A stretch of DNA of 64,000 nt from an uncultured bacterium (GTDB lineage: Bacteria; Zixibacteria; MSB-5A5; CAIYYT01): NCBI GenBank assembly GCA_963726455.1, contig CAVSCK010000004.1, forward strand, positions 992,001 to 1,056,000. The letters are read 5' to 3'. Below the pieces are notes generated by a model that saw only the letters and a list, made by a program, of their open reading frames with translations, searched no databases and was not told the origin of the DNA. Below are positions 50,109 through 60,293 of the stretch, piece by piece. Every line of letters begins with the position of its first letter. The first letter of the stretch is position 1. Made by a program: the position numbers and the translations under genes.

Positions 50109-50291
50109 ATGAAAACAGGCACAACCGCGAAATCAGATCGGCAGCTTATCAACTTCGAGATTGAACCAGAGCTGAAGGCACGTCTTGAAACTCAGGCCAA
50201 GAGGGAGCATCGCACTCTCAGCGGTCTAGTAAAGCATATCATTCTGTCGTACTTGGAGTCTCGGGAAAGCGAGAAGAAACGTAGCAGATAA
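50109..50291 (+). CDS. Ribbon-helix-helix (Arc/CopG-like) DNA-binding protein
   Basis: LINFEIEPELKARLETQAKREHRTLSGLVKHII. Confidence 0.75.
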   Translation: MKTGTTAKSDRQLINFEIEPELKARLETQAKREHRTLSGLVKHIILSYLESRESEKKRSR

Positions 50292-50379
50292 GTAAACGGC
50301 GATGCAGACCAGGCACGGTCTACACCGCCTTTGAGAGGCTCAAATGAGCCAGTACACAGTATAACTTGAGAGGTATCAA

Positions 50380-50757
50380 ATGACAACCCGCAAATCTACA
50401 ATCCCCGCCAACGGTCACAAAGACTCGAACCCGTTCCTTACCGATGAAGAGCAGAGACAAGCTATCAGTGGCCTCCAACTCGCTTCATTTGGTCTCGAAG
50501 AGGCAGCGAAATTTGAGAAGCTGGTGGAAGACAGGAGGCGCAATCCCAACTGGCAAAAGGAATTCAAACCCGCTCCCACCCAGCCGTCAAATAGAGAGCT
50601 CCGCAAGTTTCTCAGAGGGAATGAGAGACGTCGTTTCGACGGGGCTATCTCGAAGATGGATTCAGCGATAAGACTGATGAGGGGCAGCAGCGGTCTCCTG
50701 TCGCAATACAGGGAACTCGCCACTAAGAGAATGAATCAGGCCGGAGGCGCGCTGTGA
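50380..50757 (+). CDS. Hypothetical protein
   Basis: 125 aa, RBS GAGG, overlaps the next start (GTGA). Confidence 0.6.
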   Translation: MTTRKSTIPANGHKDSNPFLTDEEQRQAISGLQLASFGLEEAAKFEKLVEDRRRNPNWQKEFKPAPTQPSNRELRKFLRGNERRRFDGAISKMDSAIRLMRGSSGLLSQYRELATKRMNQAGGAL

Positions 50758-51695
50758 ATTCAAGTATTACTCAGACCACTCTGCCGAGCACTAACAGTGT
50801 CGGCTTTCAGCAGCTTATCGATGCTTTTCTGTCCCGCCGAAGTCGAGAGACTCGGCGGGCTTACTCAAAGGACTTGGCCGACTTCGCGACGTATCTTGAA
50901 GTCGCTGACAATGAAACTGCCCTACTGCGGCTCGTGTCCAGTGGCCAAGGACAAGCGAATTCGATGGTCATGGGTTACAAGACGGCGCTGATCGAAGGCG
51001 GCAAATCGCCGAACACGGTCAACCGCCGACTGGCAACCTTGCGCTCGGCCGTCAAGTTAGCAATCACGCTCGGACTTGTGAACTGGACAATAAGCATCGA
51101 AAACGAGCGAGTCGAAGCCTATCGGGACACGACCGGGCCAGGCATTGAGGGATTCAGGAAACTACTCAGGTATTCGGCTCTTTCGGCACCGCCCTTTATG
51201 GGATCTCGGAATACCGCAATTCTGCGGTTATTGTTCGACCTGGCGCTTCGGCGCGGAGAAGTTGCCCAACTCGACTTGGCCGACTTGGACATCGACAACG
51301 GCACTATTCAGGTCATTGGCAAAGGTCGGAGCCAGAAAGCCACTCTGACACTGCCAGCGGCAACATGCGGGGCTTTGAGAGCTTGGCTCATGGTCAGAGG
51401 CGCCCAACCGGGGCCGCTGTTTAGGAACTTTGACCGGGCGCGCAAAGGCAACCGGCTGACCGACGGTGGAATTTACCGGATGGTGCGAAACCTGGGGCGC
51501 AAGATCGGTTTGGTAGTCCGACCTCACGGCTTGCGCCATGCCGCGATCACAAAGGCGCTTGACCTCACCGGCGGCAACGTCCGTAGCGTGCAAAAGTTCT
51601 CCCGACACCGGAACATGCAGACCTTAATGGTCTATGACGACAACAGACAGAATCTCGCCGGTACAGTCTCAAATCTGATTGCCGAGGCGGTTTAA
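50754..51695 (+). CDS. Tyrosine recombinase (XerC/D-like resolvase)
   Basis: LRRGE, GKGR, RPHGLRH, SRHRN...VYD catalytic motifs. Confidence 0.9.
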   Translation: MNSSITQTTLPSTNSVGFQQLIDAFLSRRSRETRRAYSKDLADFATYLEVADNETALLRLVSSGQGQANSMVMGYKTALIEGGKSPNTVNRRLATLRSAVKLAITLGLVNWTISIENERVEAYRDTTGPGIEGFRKLLRYSALSAPPFMGSRNTAILRLLFDLALRRGEVAQLDLADLDIDNGTIQVIGKGRSQKATLTLPAATCGALRAWLMVRGAQPGPLFRNFDRARKGNRLTDGGIYRMVRNLGRKIGLVVRPHGLRHAAITKALDLTGGNVRSVQKFSRHRNMQTLMVYDDNRQNLAGTVSNLIAEAV

Positions 51696-51760
51696 ATTCG
51701 GTAGAATATGAGCACGGAAACCATCATTATCAGGCTCATATTCAGCCGGGGAAGTGAACT

Positions 51761-51994
51761 ATGAGTAGCGTTTACATGACCACAGCACAAGCCGCCGAGC
51801 GCCTGCAATACAGTTATAGCCACTTCGTGAGGGTCTTATTGCCAAAGTTGCCGGGCGTCATCAGAAATGGCAAGAATGGCGCTTATCGAATTCCCGTCGC
51901 GTCGTTGGTCGAATTTGAACGAAAGCATTTGGTCACTCACAACCCGGATTCGAAACCAGCAGCCTTTCGAGGGGGCACTGAGCAGAAGGAATAA
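51761..51994 (+). CDS. Excisionase-like HTH protein (possible recombination directionality factor)
   Basis: YMTTAQAAERL...GAYRIP. Confidence 0.7.
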   Translation: MSSVYMTTAQAAERLQYSYSHFVRVLLPKLPGVIRNGKNGAYRIPVASLVEFERKHLVTHNPDSKPAAFRGGTEQKE

Positions 51995-52020
51995 TCAAGA
52001 GACATTCAAGTGGCTCAATA

Positions 52021-53400
52021 TTAGCTCCCAGCATTGGGTGACCTGAGAATTCTCTCCAGCTTCCGCCTGCTGATCCCCAACGCCCTCATAGTCGCACTCT
52101 TGTTGCCGTTATTCTTTTCCATGACAGCCGTCACAAAACGCTGTTCGAGCGTCACGATCGGCCAATTAGTATCAGCAACAAAACGGTGTGTGGGAGCGAT
52201 CTTATTGGGCTCGGCGATGGTTTGAGTCCCTTCAAAATTCATTGCCCACTTGGAACCGTATCTTCGAAAGAAATCGAGGGGACTTTCATCCGGGATATAA
52301 GTATCGAGCGGATTCTCGTGAATCTTTCGTTTGGCCGCTTTGATGAGGAACTTCTCTGCGAGCAGACGATAATCCTTCTCGCCAAAAGCGAGTATTGTTT
52401 CTCTACTCCACGCCCACTTCTTGAGTGTGCTCCGGTCAATGAACGAAAGTTGCCATCGGAAGGGATTCAGTCCAGCGAAACTTATGTCGGCCGCAAGCCA
52501 TCTTTCGGAGAAATACTCCCCCCCGAAGTAAGTGTCGGCATCGAGAAACCAACTGTAATTTCCTCGCCAGTGCTTCCACATAGGATGAGACCAGCGATGC
52601 CTATCGATACAGATATATCTCAGTACTTCATTCTTCAACTGCCGCACGTTGCCCTCCCATTCGTTCATCAGAAGTATGTGGACCAGAGCAGCCGGAAATA
52701 GGTCTATTCTTGCGATCTTCTCGTCGGCGCAAAATTCGTCGCAGAAATGCAGGAATAACTCTACCGCGTCAAGTCTTCTGTTTCTAAGGGGTTCCACTTC
52801 TATCTTCAATGGAAATCGCCAATACAGATCAGGACGGATTCCATATCTCCAGTCGTCTTCATTATTTCCTGTGGTGACACCACCACCGGCGTTCTTGACC
52901 GGCCGATTTGTTGCCGCAATGATTCGGCAATCAGACTTCTTGATTTCTGGAGACCCGAGTTTGTGGTATTCGCCCGACTCTATGAAACGGAGGATTTCTC
53001 CCTGAACCGACGAATCCAATCCGCCTATTTCATCGATAAAAAGAGTGCCTCCATTCGCCTCGAATACGAGGCCTTCCCTGTTCTCGGCACCAGTGTAAGC
53101 CCCTTTCTTGCATCCGAAAATCTGGCCGTGCGCCAACTGAGGATTTCCCTGAAAGTCGTACGAATTTACCGGCAGAATTCTTCCGCCTCGATTTCGGTCA
53201 CTCTTCTCATGCAAAAGATGCGCGACAACTTCTTTGCCAACACCCGACTCCCCCACGATCAGCACCGGCTCCCGCCGCGGAGCGTAAAGCTCGACATCGC
53301 CGCGCACTTGAGTCGTCGGTCCACTGCTACCGATCATCTTCTGTCTGGATACTTGGGTTTTCTCGGGTTGAACCGTCACTTCATTATGTGCGTTTTGCAT
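52021..53400 (-). CDS. sigma54 enhancer-binding protein lacking an N-terminal sensor domain
   Basis: MIGSS at residue ~22, GESGVGKE, GAYTGA, LFIDEIG, WEGNVRQL, long aromatic insert, Fis-type HTH GNKSATMRALGISRRKL. Confidence 0.85.
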   Translation of the reverse strand: MQNAHNEVTVQPEKTQVSRQKMIGSSGPTTQVRGDVELYAPRREPVLIVGESGVGKEVVAHLLHEKSDRNRGGRILPVNSYDFQGNPQLAHGQIFGCKKGAYTGAENREGLVFEANGGTLFIDEIGGLDSSVQGEILRFIESGEYHKLGSPEIKKSDCRIIAATNRPVKNAGGGVTTGNNEDDWRYGIRPDLYWRFPLKIEVEPLRNRRLDAVELFLHFCDEFCADEKIARIDLFPAALVHILLMNEWEGNVRQLKNEVLRYICIDRHRWSHPMWKHWRGNYSWFLDADTYFGGEYFSERWLAADISFAGLNPFRWQLSFIDRSTLKKWAWSRETILAFGEKDYRLLAEKFLIKAAKRKIHENPLDTYIPDESPLDFFRRYGSKWAMNFEGTQTIAEPNKIAPTHRFVADTNWPIVTLEQRFVTAVMEKNNGNKSATMRALGISRRKLERILRSPNAGS

Positions 53401-53500
53401 AATATGGTTCCTTTAGCTTAAGCATTTCGCTAAGGCCAAGCTAACACAAGTTAATAATAACGCAATCACTTTCTTCCAGACATCAGCATAATCCTTTGCA

Positions 53501-53547
53501 CATCAAGCAGTTATTTACGCGCCTTCCGGTTTGGCTCGGCTCTTGCT
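53501..53547 (+). promoter_or_regulatory. IHF-like site plus sigma54 -24/-12 promoter of the rightward satellite operon
   Basis: CATCAAGCAGTTA (53501-53513) and TGGCTCG-GCTC-TTGCT (53532-53547). Confidence 0.7.
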
Positions 53548-53583
53548 ATACATACGGGAATGAAGCGATCCAAAGGAGATAAG

Positions 53584-53796
53584 ATGAATCAGTTTCGCTT
53601 GAAAAGAGTGCGGCTGGGGTTGACCCAGTACGACCTGTGGAGGGAGACCGGCATACCGCAATCTCGGATTTCGCTACTCGAACGCGGCTTCTACGAATTG
53701 AAGCCAGACGAAGACGAGAGGCTGAGATCGGTGTTGAAGATGCGCCCTCGGACTCCCAAAAATGACAAAACATCACTTGGCGCAACGGCTGCGTGA
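53584..53796 (+). CDS. XRE-family HTH protein
   Basis: RVRLGLTQYDLWRETGIPQSRISLLERG; RBS AAGGAG. Confidence 0.85.
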   Translation: MNQFRLKRVRLGLTQYDLWRETGIPQSRISLLERGFYELKPDEDERLRSVLKMRPRTPKNDKTSLGATAA

Positions 53797-54002
53797 ACTT
53801 GAGGAACCCAGTGCCGCGACAAAGGCCACAGACGAAAGTGAATGTCAACCTCGGGACACCTAACCCAGACGGCCTTGCTCTGCTTGTCAACTTCGTTTCG
53901 ACCCGACTCGTGGTATCGATTCTCCAAAGTAACCAAGAACACAACCAAGAGGGCGACACCGTTGGGAGCCCTTCACCGGAAAGGAGTTCACAACGTGTGT
54001 AG
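53793..54002 (+). CDS. Hypothetical protein
   Basis: 69 aa, GTGA overlap with the XRE gene. Confidence 0.45.
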   Translation: MNLRNPVPRQRPQTKVNVNLGTPNPDGLALLVNFVSTRLVVSILQSNQEHNQEGDTVGSPSPERSSQRV

Positions 54003-54213
54003 CAAACTCGATTCGTTCAAAGAGTTTGTCCTCCGAGGTCACAAGTTAATCAGCGAGGGACAGGCCGACAAAGCTTTGTCTCTTGCATTCTGTCTACTCG
54101 ACAGCTTGGGCAATGTGGCGTTTCGCGAACAGGAACCTAAGAGAGCGTGCGTTTCCAAAAGCGTGCAGCCTTCGAATTCGAAACGAATTAACCAAATACA
54201 AAGGAAGAGGTAA
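53995..54213 (+). CDS. Hypothetical protein
   Basis: GTG after AAGGAG; 72 aa. Confidence 0.5.
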   Translation: MCSKLDSFKEFVLRGHKLISEGQADKALSLAFCLLDSLGNVAFREQEPKRACVSKSVQPSNSKRINQIQRKR

Positions 54214-54217
54214 AACG

Positions 54218-54667
54218 ATGACAGGCGAGATCAAGGTACTCGGACAAAAGCCAGTTCAAGTCAGCTTGGCAGGACAGGAATTCACCATCTATCCGGCGAC
54301 ACACTATCGGATGAATCAGATCCTTGAGTGCGCCGCAACGGCGAGAGCAAATTCGGAAGCCATGCGCAAAGCAGAGGAGACCGAAGATGCGGCAATCAAA
54401 GCGCGGGGCGAAGAAATCCCCATCAGACCACTCAAGTCGACGCCGGTCGATTACGGAATTCTCCGGCTTATCTGCAAGGCTCCAGACACTTTCGAGAACA
54501 GCAAATTGGTTGAAGGCAAGGTTCCCGCTGTACTGACCAACGAATTCTGGAGCCAGCAAGTCCAGACGGCGGAAATAGCGGGCTTATTCGAGGTCTTTGT
54601 GTCCCTGCTTGACATCGACAAGCTCATTAAGAACGCTCTCTCACTCGTGGGACAGACCCGTGTGTAG
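54218..54667 (+). CDS. Tail assembly chaperone-like protein
   Basis: ATG after GAGG; VQVSLAGQEFTIYP N-terminus; immediately upstream of the tape measure gene. Confidence 0.55.
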   Translation: MTGEIKVLGQKPVQVSLAGQEFTIYPATHYRMNQILECAATARANSEAMRKAEETEDAAIKARGEEIPIRPLKSTPVDYGILRLICKAPDTFENSKLVEGKVPAVLTNEFWSQQVQTAEIAGLFEVFVSLLDIDKLIKNALSLVGQTRV

Positions 54668-54715
54668 CCCCATGACAGAAGATGACTCGGATTTTCCAAA
54701 AAACTTGGAGCGTAA

Positions 54716-57504
54716 ATGCCCGGTGTAGTTGACATCCTGAAATATGTGTTGGAGCTGGACTCCGGCCAACTCAAAGCCGAAGCGAAACAATCCGACACAA
54801 TAATCAACCAGTTGTCAGGCACAATCAAGGGCGCGCTTGTTGGCGCATTGGGTGCCGCCGCTGTTGGTTTCGCTACGGTCAAGATCGGCGAATTTCTGAA
54901 AGATGCCACCCTGACGGCGGCACGTACCGAAGTGTTGGGAACTGTCTTGCATCAGGTCGGCAAGGTGGCGGGTGAATCAAGCGGATATCTTGACGGCTTA
55001 GCCGACAAGGTTGAGGCGCTAGGGGTCACTACCCAAGCAAGTCGCACTCTGCTTATTCGACTGATGCAGTCTCATCTTGACCTTGCCTATGCCGTGAAGA
55101 TTGCGACAGTTGCGCAAGACTTAGCCGTAGTCGCTGATCAGAATTCCTCTGAGGCCGCCGAAGGAATTACGATAGCAATTGCCAAAACCGATGTTGAGCT
55201 GTTGCGGCAATATGGTATCGTCATTAACGCAGAGCGACTATTCAAACAGTACGCCCAGACAATCAATAAATCAGCGTCCGAACTTTCCGATCTCGACCGT
55301 CGCACGGCGATTGCTAACGAGGTATTTCGCCAAGGGGCTGCCTCCGCTGGTACTTACGAAGCGGCAATGGCTGATGTCGGCAAGCAGATAACATCAATGC
55401 CTCGATACGTCGAGGAGATGAAGAACGCTCTCGGAAAGGGGTTTCTCCCCCTGCTCGCTGACATTGTGCATTTACTTCGCGACGCCACAGTCGGCCTTAC
55501 CGATTTTCTGACACCGGCGACAGAACTAAAAACAGCCGAACTAAACAAACTACAGTCAGAATTTAGCAAGATCACTGGAATCTTACCTGACTTGGTAAAG
55601 GAATTTGTAAATCTATCCACCAAGACAAGACTCACCAACACCGAACAAGATCGGCTCCTTACCATTCAGCAACAGATCGCCGCGCTCGCTCCCGGCTATA
55701 TCACAGCACTCAACGATGAGGGTATGGCGCTCGACCTTAACGCCAAATCCTTAGCCAACTACACCGGATTGCGCAAGGAACAGATTGAAACTATTAAGAA
55801 TGATCTGATTTCAGCACTGTTAGCGGAGGAGGAGGCACAAGATCGCGCCAACAAGAAGAACCTTGCTGCGATTGAGAATTTCAAGAAGATAGCCGCTTCG
55901 AACAAAGCTGCTGGTGTTAAGGTTGGCTATGGCATCCCAGGCCAAATCAATGAGATAGTGATCGAATTGTCGAAGGGCATCCAGCGCTCACTTGAATTAC
56001 AACAGCGCATCGCGGCACTTGGAAGCGAGGGGAGGATGCTGCCAAGAAAATTGAGAAGATACCAGAAGACCTGAAAATCGAGATCAAATTCGGCAGCGAG
56101 AACTTGTCCTCCGCCGAGGAGCAGATAAAGCGCATTCAGTCATTAGTCGAGGCGGTTCAATCCCAATTCGGCGACCAAGGGATTACGCCCGATAGCGACA
56201 AGTTGATTGCGGCATTGCGGTCACTTATCAATTCGGAAGCGGCGATGCTTTCGACCGATGCCCAGAGGATTATCATTGACGCACTCAACAAGGCGCGGGA
56301 CAACCAACGCAGTGATGCTAAGTCGAAATCCGATCAGGAGCGATATTACAAGGACATACAGGAGAGCGAAGCCAATGCAGCGAAAGATCGCCTCAATGAC
56401 ATAGAAAAGGAAAAGCGGGCGCGTGTAAATGCAGCCGTCGATGTCGCTGACGCCCTTGGTTATGCCGCTACCAATTTCTTTGGTCTCTTCGATGAAGGTA
56501 TTGCCCGAATCGCCTCGAATCTCAGTAACGCGATCAGTGGCGCAATTTCTGGATTCTCACAAGGCGGAGTTGCCGGGATTGCCGGAGCTATCGGCTCGAT
56601 TCTTTCAGGATTCGCTTCCCTTTTCAGCGGTGGAGCGGACAAGATTGTCGTGTCGCAATACGAATTGATCGAAGCCATCGAAAATTGGGAGTCTACCATT
56701 GAGACATTGACGCCAAAAGAAAAAACCGCGCAACAAGAGATGGCCGAACTCGGTATTGAGGCGGCCAGCAGATTAATGGGCAACGGTTGGGACTGGAATC
56801 AGATTGTGGCACTGCTCAGACCCCTATTTGAATCTGTCGGGTTATCCATTCCACAAGGCATTACATATGAGCAATTTCTTGGTTGGGGAAATGACATCAT
56901 CGCGGACATTGGCGCATCAAATGCACAAACGACCGCTGAATTGAAAGCGGATAATGCCGCGTCGCGCAGGGAACTTGTTCTGAGTCAAAAGACGGGAACT
57001 GACGCGCTTGAGACCATCGCCGATCTTGATAAACTCTATGCCTTGAGCCCCGAGGAATTGCATGCTCTCTATGAAGAAACGATGGCGAAGTTTGGTGACA
57101 AAATGTCAGATAGCGACAGAATCAACACACAGGCATTGATTAACGATTACCACAGAGGAGAGGCTGAGCGAGCGCAGAGCGGGGCCGGAGCCGAGCAGAC
57201 TCAGGCGTCCCGCTCGATTCAGAAAATAACCGAACGCCAGGTCGACTCGCTCATTTCCGCGTTGTCCACCATCGACCTGCACATAACCGAGGGCATACAG
57301 AAATTGCTCGATGGCATCCGCAACACGACTAACAGGACAACCATGAATGCGGCGGCGACTATCGAAGTGGCGGTAATCAACGCGGGTGTAATCAACACGG
57401 GGTCGATCAGAGTAGCGGGATCGATGAGTGGCAATAATGGCGCATCGGCGAATACGAAGCAATTACTTACTGTCGAATCACGCAGCCTAGGTAGGAGGGT
57501 GTAA
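54716..57504 (+). CDS. Tape measure protein (~930 aa), split by a 1-bp indel at ~56030
   Basis: TMP domain AARTEVLG...AQDLAVVADQNSSEA...GTYEAAM...GKQITSMPRY; one extra G in GAGGGGAGG gives GSEGEDAAKKIEKIPEDL, in frame with 56104-57504. Confidence 0.85.
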
Positions 57505-57556
57505 GGCATGTCATCGGAAGCAAACACAGCGTGTGCGAGAATCACCGGAGTTGACT

Positions 57557-57985
57557 GTGTCTAACCGCGCAAAAATGACACCTGAAAAAAGAGAGACGTT
57601 CCTCGCTACGCTTGAGACTACGGGAGGGCAGATAACAAAGGCATGTAAGGCCTGTGCTGTTTCGCGCGACGTAATCTATCGACTTCGCAAAAGTGATGAA
57701 CAATTCGGGAAAGACTTCGAAGCCGCACTCGACAAAGGCATTGACCTGCTCGAAGCGGAATGCAAGCGGCGCGCATTTGAAGGCGTTCCCAAACCCGTGT
57801 TCTATAAAGGCAAAGAGTGCGGGATCATTCAGGAATACTCCGATACACTTGCGATCTTCCTGATGAAGGCTCACCGGTCGAAGTACAAAGAGAAATTCCT
57901 ACTGACTGGTGAAGGCGGCGGCGCAGTCAAAGTCCTCGTTGAATATGTGAACAAACCCAATGGAGTGTATCGTGAAGTGTGTTGA
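57557..57985 (+). CDS. terS: Terminase small subunit
   Basis: HTH FLATLETTGGQITKACKACAVSRDVIYRLRK plus RRAFEGVPKPVFYKG...YSDTLAIFLMKAH. Confidence 0.75.
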   Translation: MSNRAKMTPEKRETFLATLETTGGQITKACKACAVSRDVIYRLRKSDEQFGKDFEAALDKGIDLLEAECKRRAFEGVPKPVFYKGKECGIIQEYSDTLAIFLMKAHRSKYKEKFLLTGEGGGAVKVLVEYVNKPNGVYREVC

Positions 57986-58397
57986 CCTCAAGACAGTTTT
58001 CGGACGGAGATACAAGATTGCTGCTGATCCCTCGGCCGGGGCCCGCAACGTCGATCCGTGGTACTGGACTATCCCCTGCCGGCGCGGCGAAATCTATCCC
58101 TATGGCGGCGACTTCCTTTGTGCCTCGGTACGAAATGGGGCGGTTTCCAAGTCGATGCGCTCCTGGCCCGAGCTGACGGTTTTGCAGGACGCCGACGACG
58201 AGACAGTCTTCAAGTTTCACGTCAACAACTTCGAAAAGGTAGCTCAGGCCGTGGGTGCCAAGAAACGGCGGCGAATGTCAGTCGAGACCATGAAGAAAAT
58301 TGGTGCAGACACGGCGTACGTGACGCCAAACGGGGGTGAATTTCAACGATCTCCCCAAGGGGCGAGTGATTTGACACGGGGGGCAGTTCGTGTATGA
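57960..58397 (+). CDS. Hypothetical protein
   Basis: 145 aa, overlaps both neighbours; DPWYWTIPCRRGEIYPYGG. Confidence 0.65.
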   Translation: MECIVKCVDLKTVFGRRYKIAADPSAGARNVDPWYWTIPCRRGEIYPYGGDFLCASVRNGAVSKSMRSWPELTVLQDADDETVFKFHVNNFEKVAQAVGAKKRRRMSVETMKKIGADTAYVTPNGGEFQRSPQGASDLTRGAVRV

Positions 58398-59022
58398 TTT
58401 AGACACCCTAAAGGCCGGCGTCACCATCGAGAACATCCTTGACGATTTCGGGATTGCCCACCGCCATCACAGGGCAGCCTGTCCCGTTCACCGTGGCGAC
58501 AATAGGTCTGCTTTCAGCTTCAACGATGAGGCTTTCTACTGCCACACCCAAGGATGCAAGGGCGGCGTTATCGACCTGGTCATGGCTCTGGCCGGGACTG
58601 ATTTCAGGGGCGCGCTGGACTATCTGGCTCGCAAGAAGGGAATCGCGAATGATTTCGGAATCACCGGGACGACTCAGTTTACAAGGAGTCTGCCTGACAA
58701 TTCTGATCCATTCAGGGAAGAAAGGAAACGGCTCTCACCAAAAGACTATGTGGAGTTGCTTTGTATGGCCGACGATCTTAACCGCGCTGAATCCGACCTC
58801 GCCGAATGCAGGAGTAACATTGGCACACTGACCGCCCAATTATCCCAACTTATCCACCTCAAGAGGCGGAAACAGATTGCCAAATCGCTGTACTACTTGA
58901 ACACACAGAAGATCGACGACAACCGGCTCGCACTGTTCGACGAGCAGGAAGCACAACTCAACTACAAGGTCAAAGAGATAAAGCGGCAAATCAGCGAGTT
59001 CAGGAAGAAGGTAAGGCAATGA
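58390..59022 (+). CDS. CHC2 zinc-finger (DnaG-type zinc-binding domain) protein without TOPRIM
   Basis: ACPVHRGDN...FYCHTQGCKGGVIDLV, then coiled coil. Confidence 0.8.
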   Translation: MYDLDTLKAGVTIENILDDFGIAHRHHRAACPVHRGDNRSAFSFNDEAFYCHTQGCKGGVIDLVMALAGTDFRGALDYLARKKGIANDFGITGTTQFTRSLPDNSDPFREERKRLSPKDYVELLCMADDLNRAESDLAECRSNIGTLTAQLSQLIHLKRRKQIAKSLYYLNTQKIDDNRLALFDEQEAQLNYKVKEIKRQISEFRKKVRQ

Positions 59023-60263
59023 TTAGCGACTGCGAAATTGACGCCGAGTTTTGCCAAGAGACCGACGCTGACATCGACCTGACGATACCCGAATCCGGCT
59101 TTCTCCTGAAATATTACAACCTAATCTGCCCTATCACAGAGGCGCCTGAAGTCTACCATCTGTTTATGGGAATGTCTTTGATCGCCGGTGTCCTCGGGCG
59201 CAAAGTGTTTCTCGACTGGACGGCTTACAAGATTTACCCGAACCTGTATATCATCCTGGTCGGCGCGTCTTCAGCAATCAAGAAATCGACGTCAATCAAC
59301 CAAGCCCGACCGTTTCTTAACGCCGTCGATCCCAACCTGATCTTTCCAAATGAATTCTCGAATGAAGCTTTCTTGGAGCTCCTTGTCACTCAGCCGCAAG
59401 GTTCGCTGTTCTGGGATGAATTCGGCGGCGTGCTCGCGACATTCGAGCGTTCGTACATGTCCGGTACCAAAGAAATGCTGACCTCGATGTTTGACTGTCC
59501 GAGTGACTATCGACGGTTGCTCAAAGGCAACGCCAAGAGCAAAGAGTCGGGCAAGGTCGTTATCATCCGGGAACCGTACATCAATATCGCCACTACTTCA
59601 ACCCTTGAGTGGCTCGTCAATCGGATCAAGGAACAGGATATCAAGTCGGGTTTCCTGGCTCGATTTGTCTACGTGCCCGGTAAAGAGCCGAGCAAACGAC
59701 TTTCGCGCCCGCCCAAATTAGATCAGAAGTTGAGGTCCGAAATCATCATGGAGTTGAAGGCTATTCGAGAGATTTCGGGCGAAGCGGAACTCACTGACGA
59801 CGCGTTTCTGTACTATGACACCTGGTACAACGGTGTCTTTGATCAGATACAGAAGGGCGACAATCGCGACAAGCTCTCCCCTTTCTTTAGCCGGCTACTG
59901 GTCTACGCTCTCAAATTCGCCCTGATCTACCAAGTGTCCGAAGATCACTCGCTGACAATTCAGGAACACAACATGATCAGGGCGTGTCAGTTGGTCGACT
60001 TCCTCAAGCGCAACATCAAAGACATGGTCGAAAATGAACTGGTTTTTGGTGTGGACGCCATTCAGTTGAAGAGAGTGTTGGAAGTCATCAAGTCAGAGGG
60101 TGCGATTGAACGGAGCAAACTTTTCACGCGAGTGAACTATCGAAAAGACATTCTCAACCGACTCATCGATACCCTTCTTGAGCAGGAACAGATTTCGGTT
60201 TCTCGGGAACAGTGGCACAAGGGGAAGAAGCCGAGAACGATTTACACCTATAACGGTAAGTGA
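59019..60263 (+). CDS. DUF3987 (YfjI-like) P-loop helicase-like protein
   Basis: NLYIILVGASSAIKKST, WDEFG, SGFLARF; C-terminal winged helix. Confidence 0.8.
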   Translation: MISDCEIDAEFCQETDADIDLTIPESGFLLKYYNLICPITEAPEVYHLFMGMSLIAGVLGRKVFLDWTAYKIYPNLYIILVGASSAIKKSTSINQARPFLNAVDPNLIFPNEFSNEAFLELLVTQPQGSLFWDEFGGVLATFERSYMSGTKEMLTSMFDCPSDYRRLLKGNAKSKESGKVVIIREPYINIATTSTLEWLVNRIKEQDIKSGFLARFVYVPGKEPSKRLSRPPKLDQKLRSEIIMELKAIREISGEAELTDDAFLYYDTWYNGVFDQIQKGDNRDKLSPFFSRLLVYALKFALIYQVSEDHSLTIQEHNMIRACQLVDFLKRNIKDMVENELVFGVDAIQLKRVLEVIKSEGAIERSKLFTRVNYRKDILNRLIDTLLEQEQISVSREQWHKGKKPRTIYTYNGK

Positions 60264-60293
60264 CAACCACTTAGGGCGCTTGAAAGGAAATCA

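Noticed and set aside
56021-56040. Programmed -1 frameshift or phase variation in the tape measure gene
   Set aside because: No canonical slippery heptamer, only a G4 run. Similar 1-bp indels break three unrelated host genes (~1285, ~23108, ~47202), pointing to sequencing error. Needs a read check.
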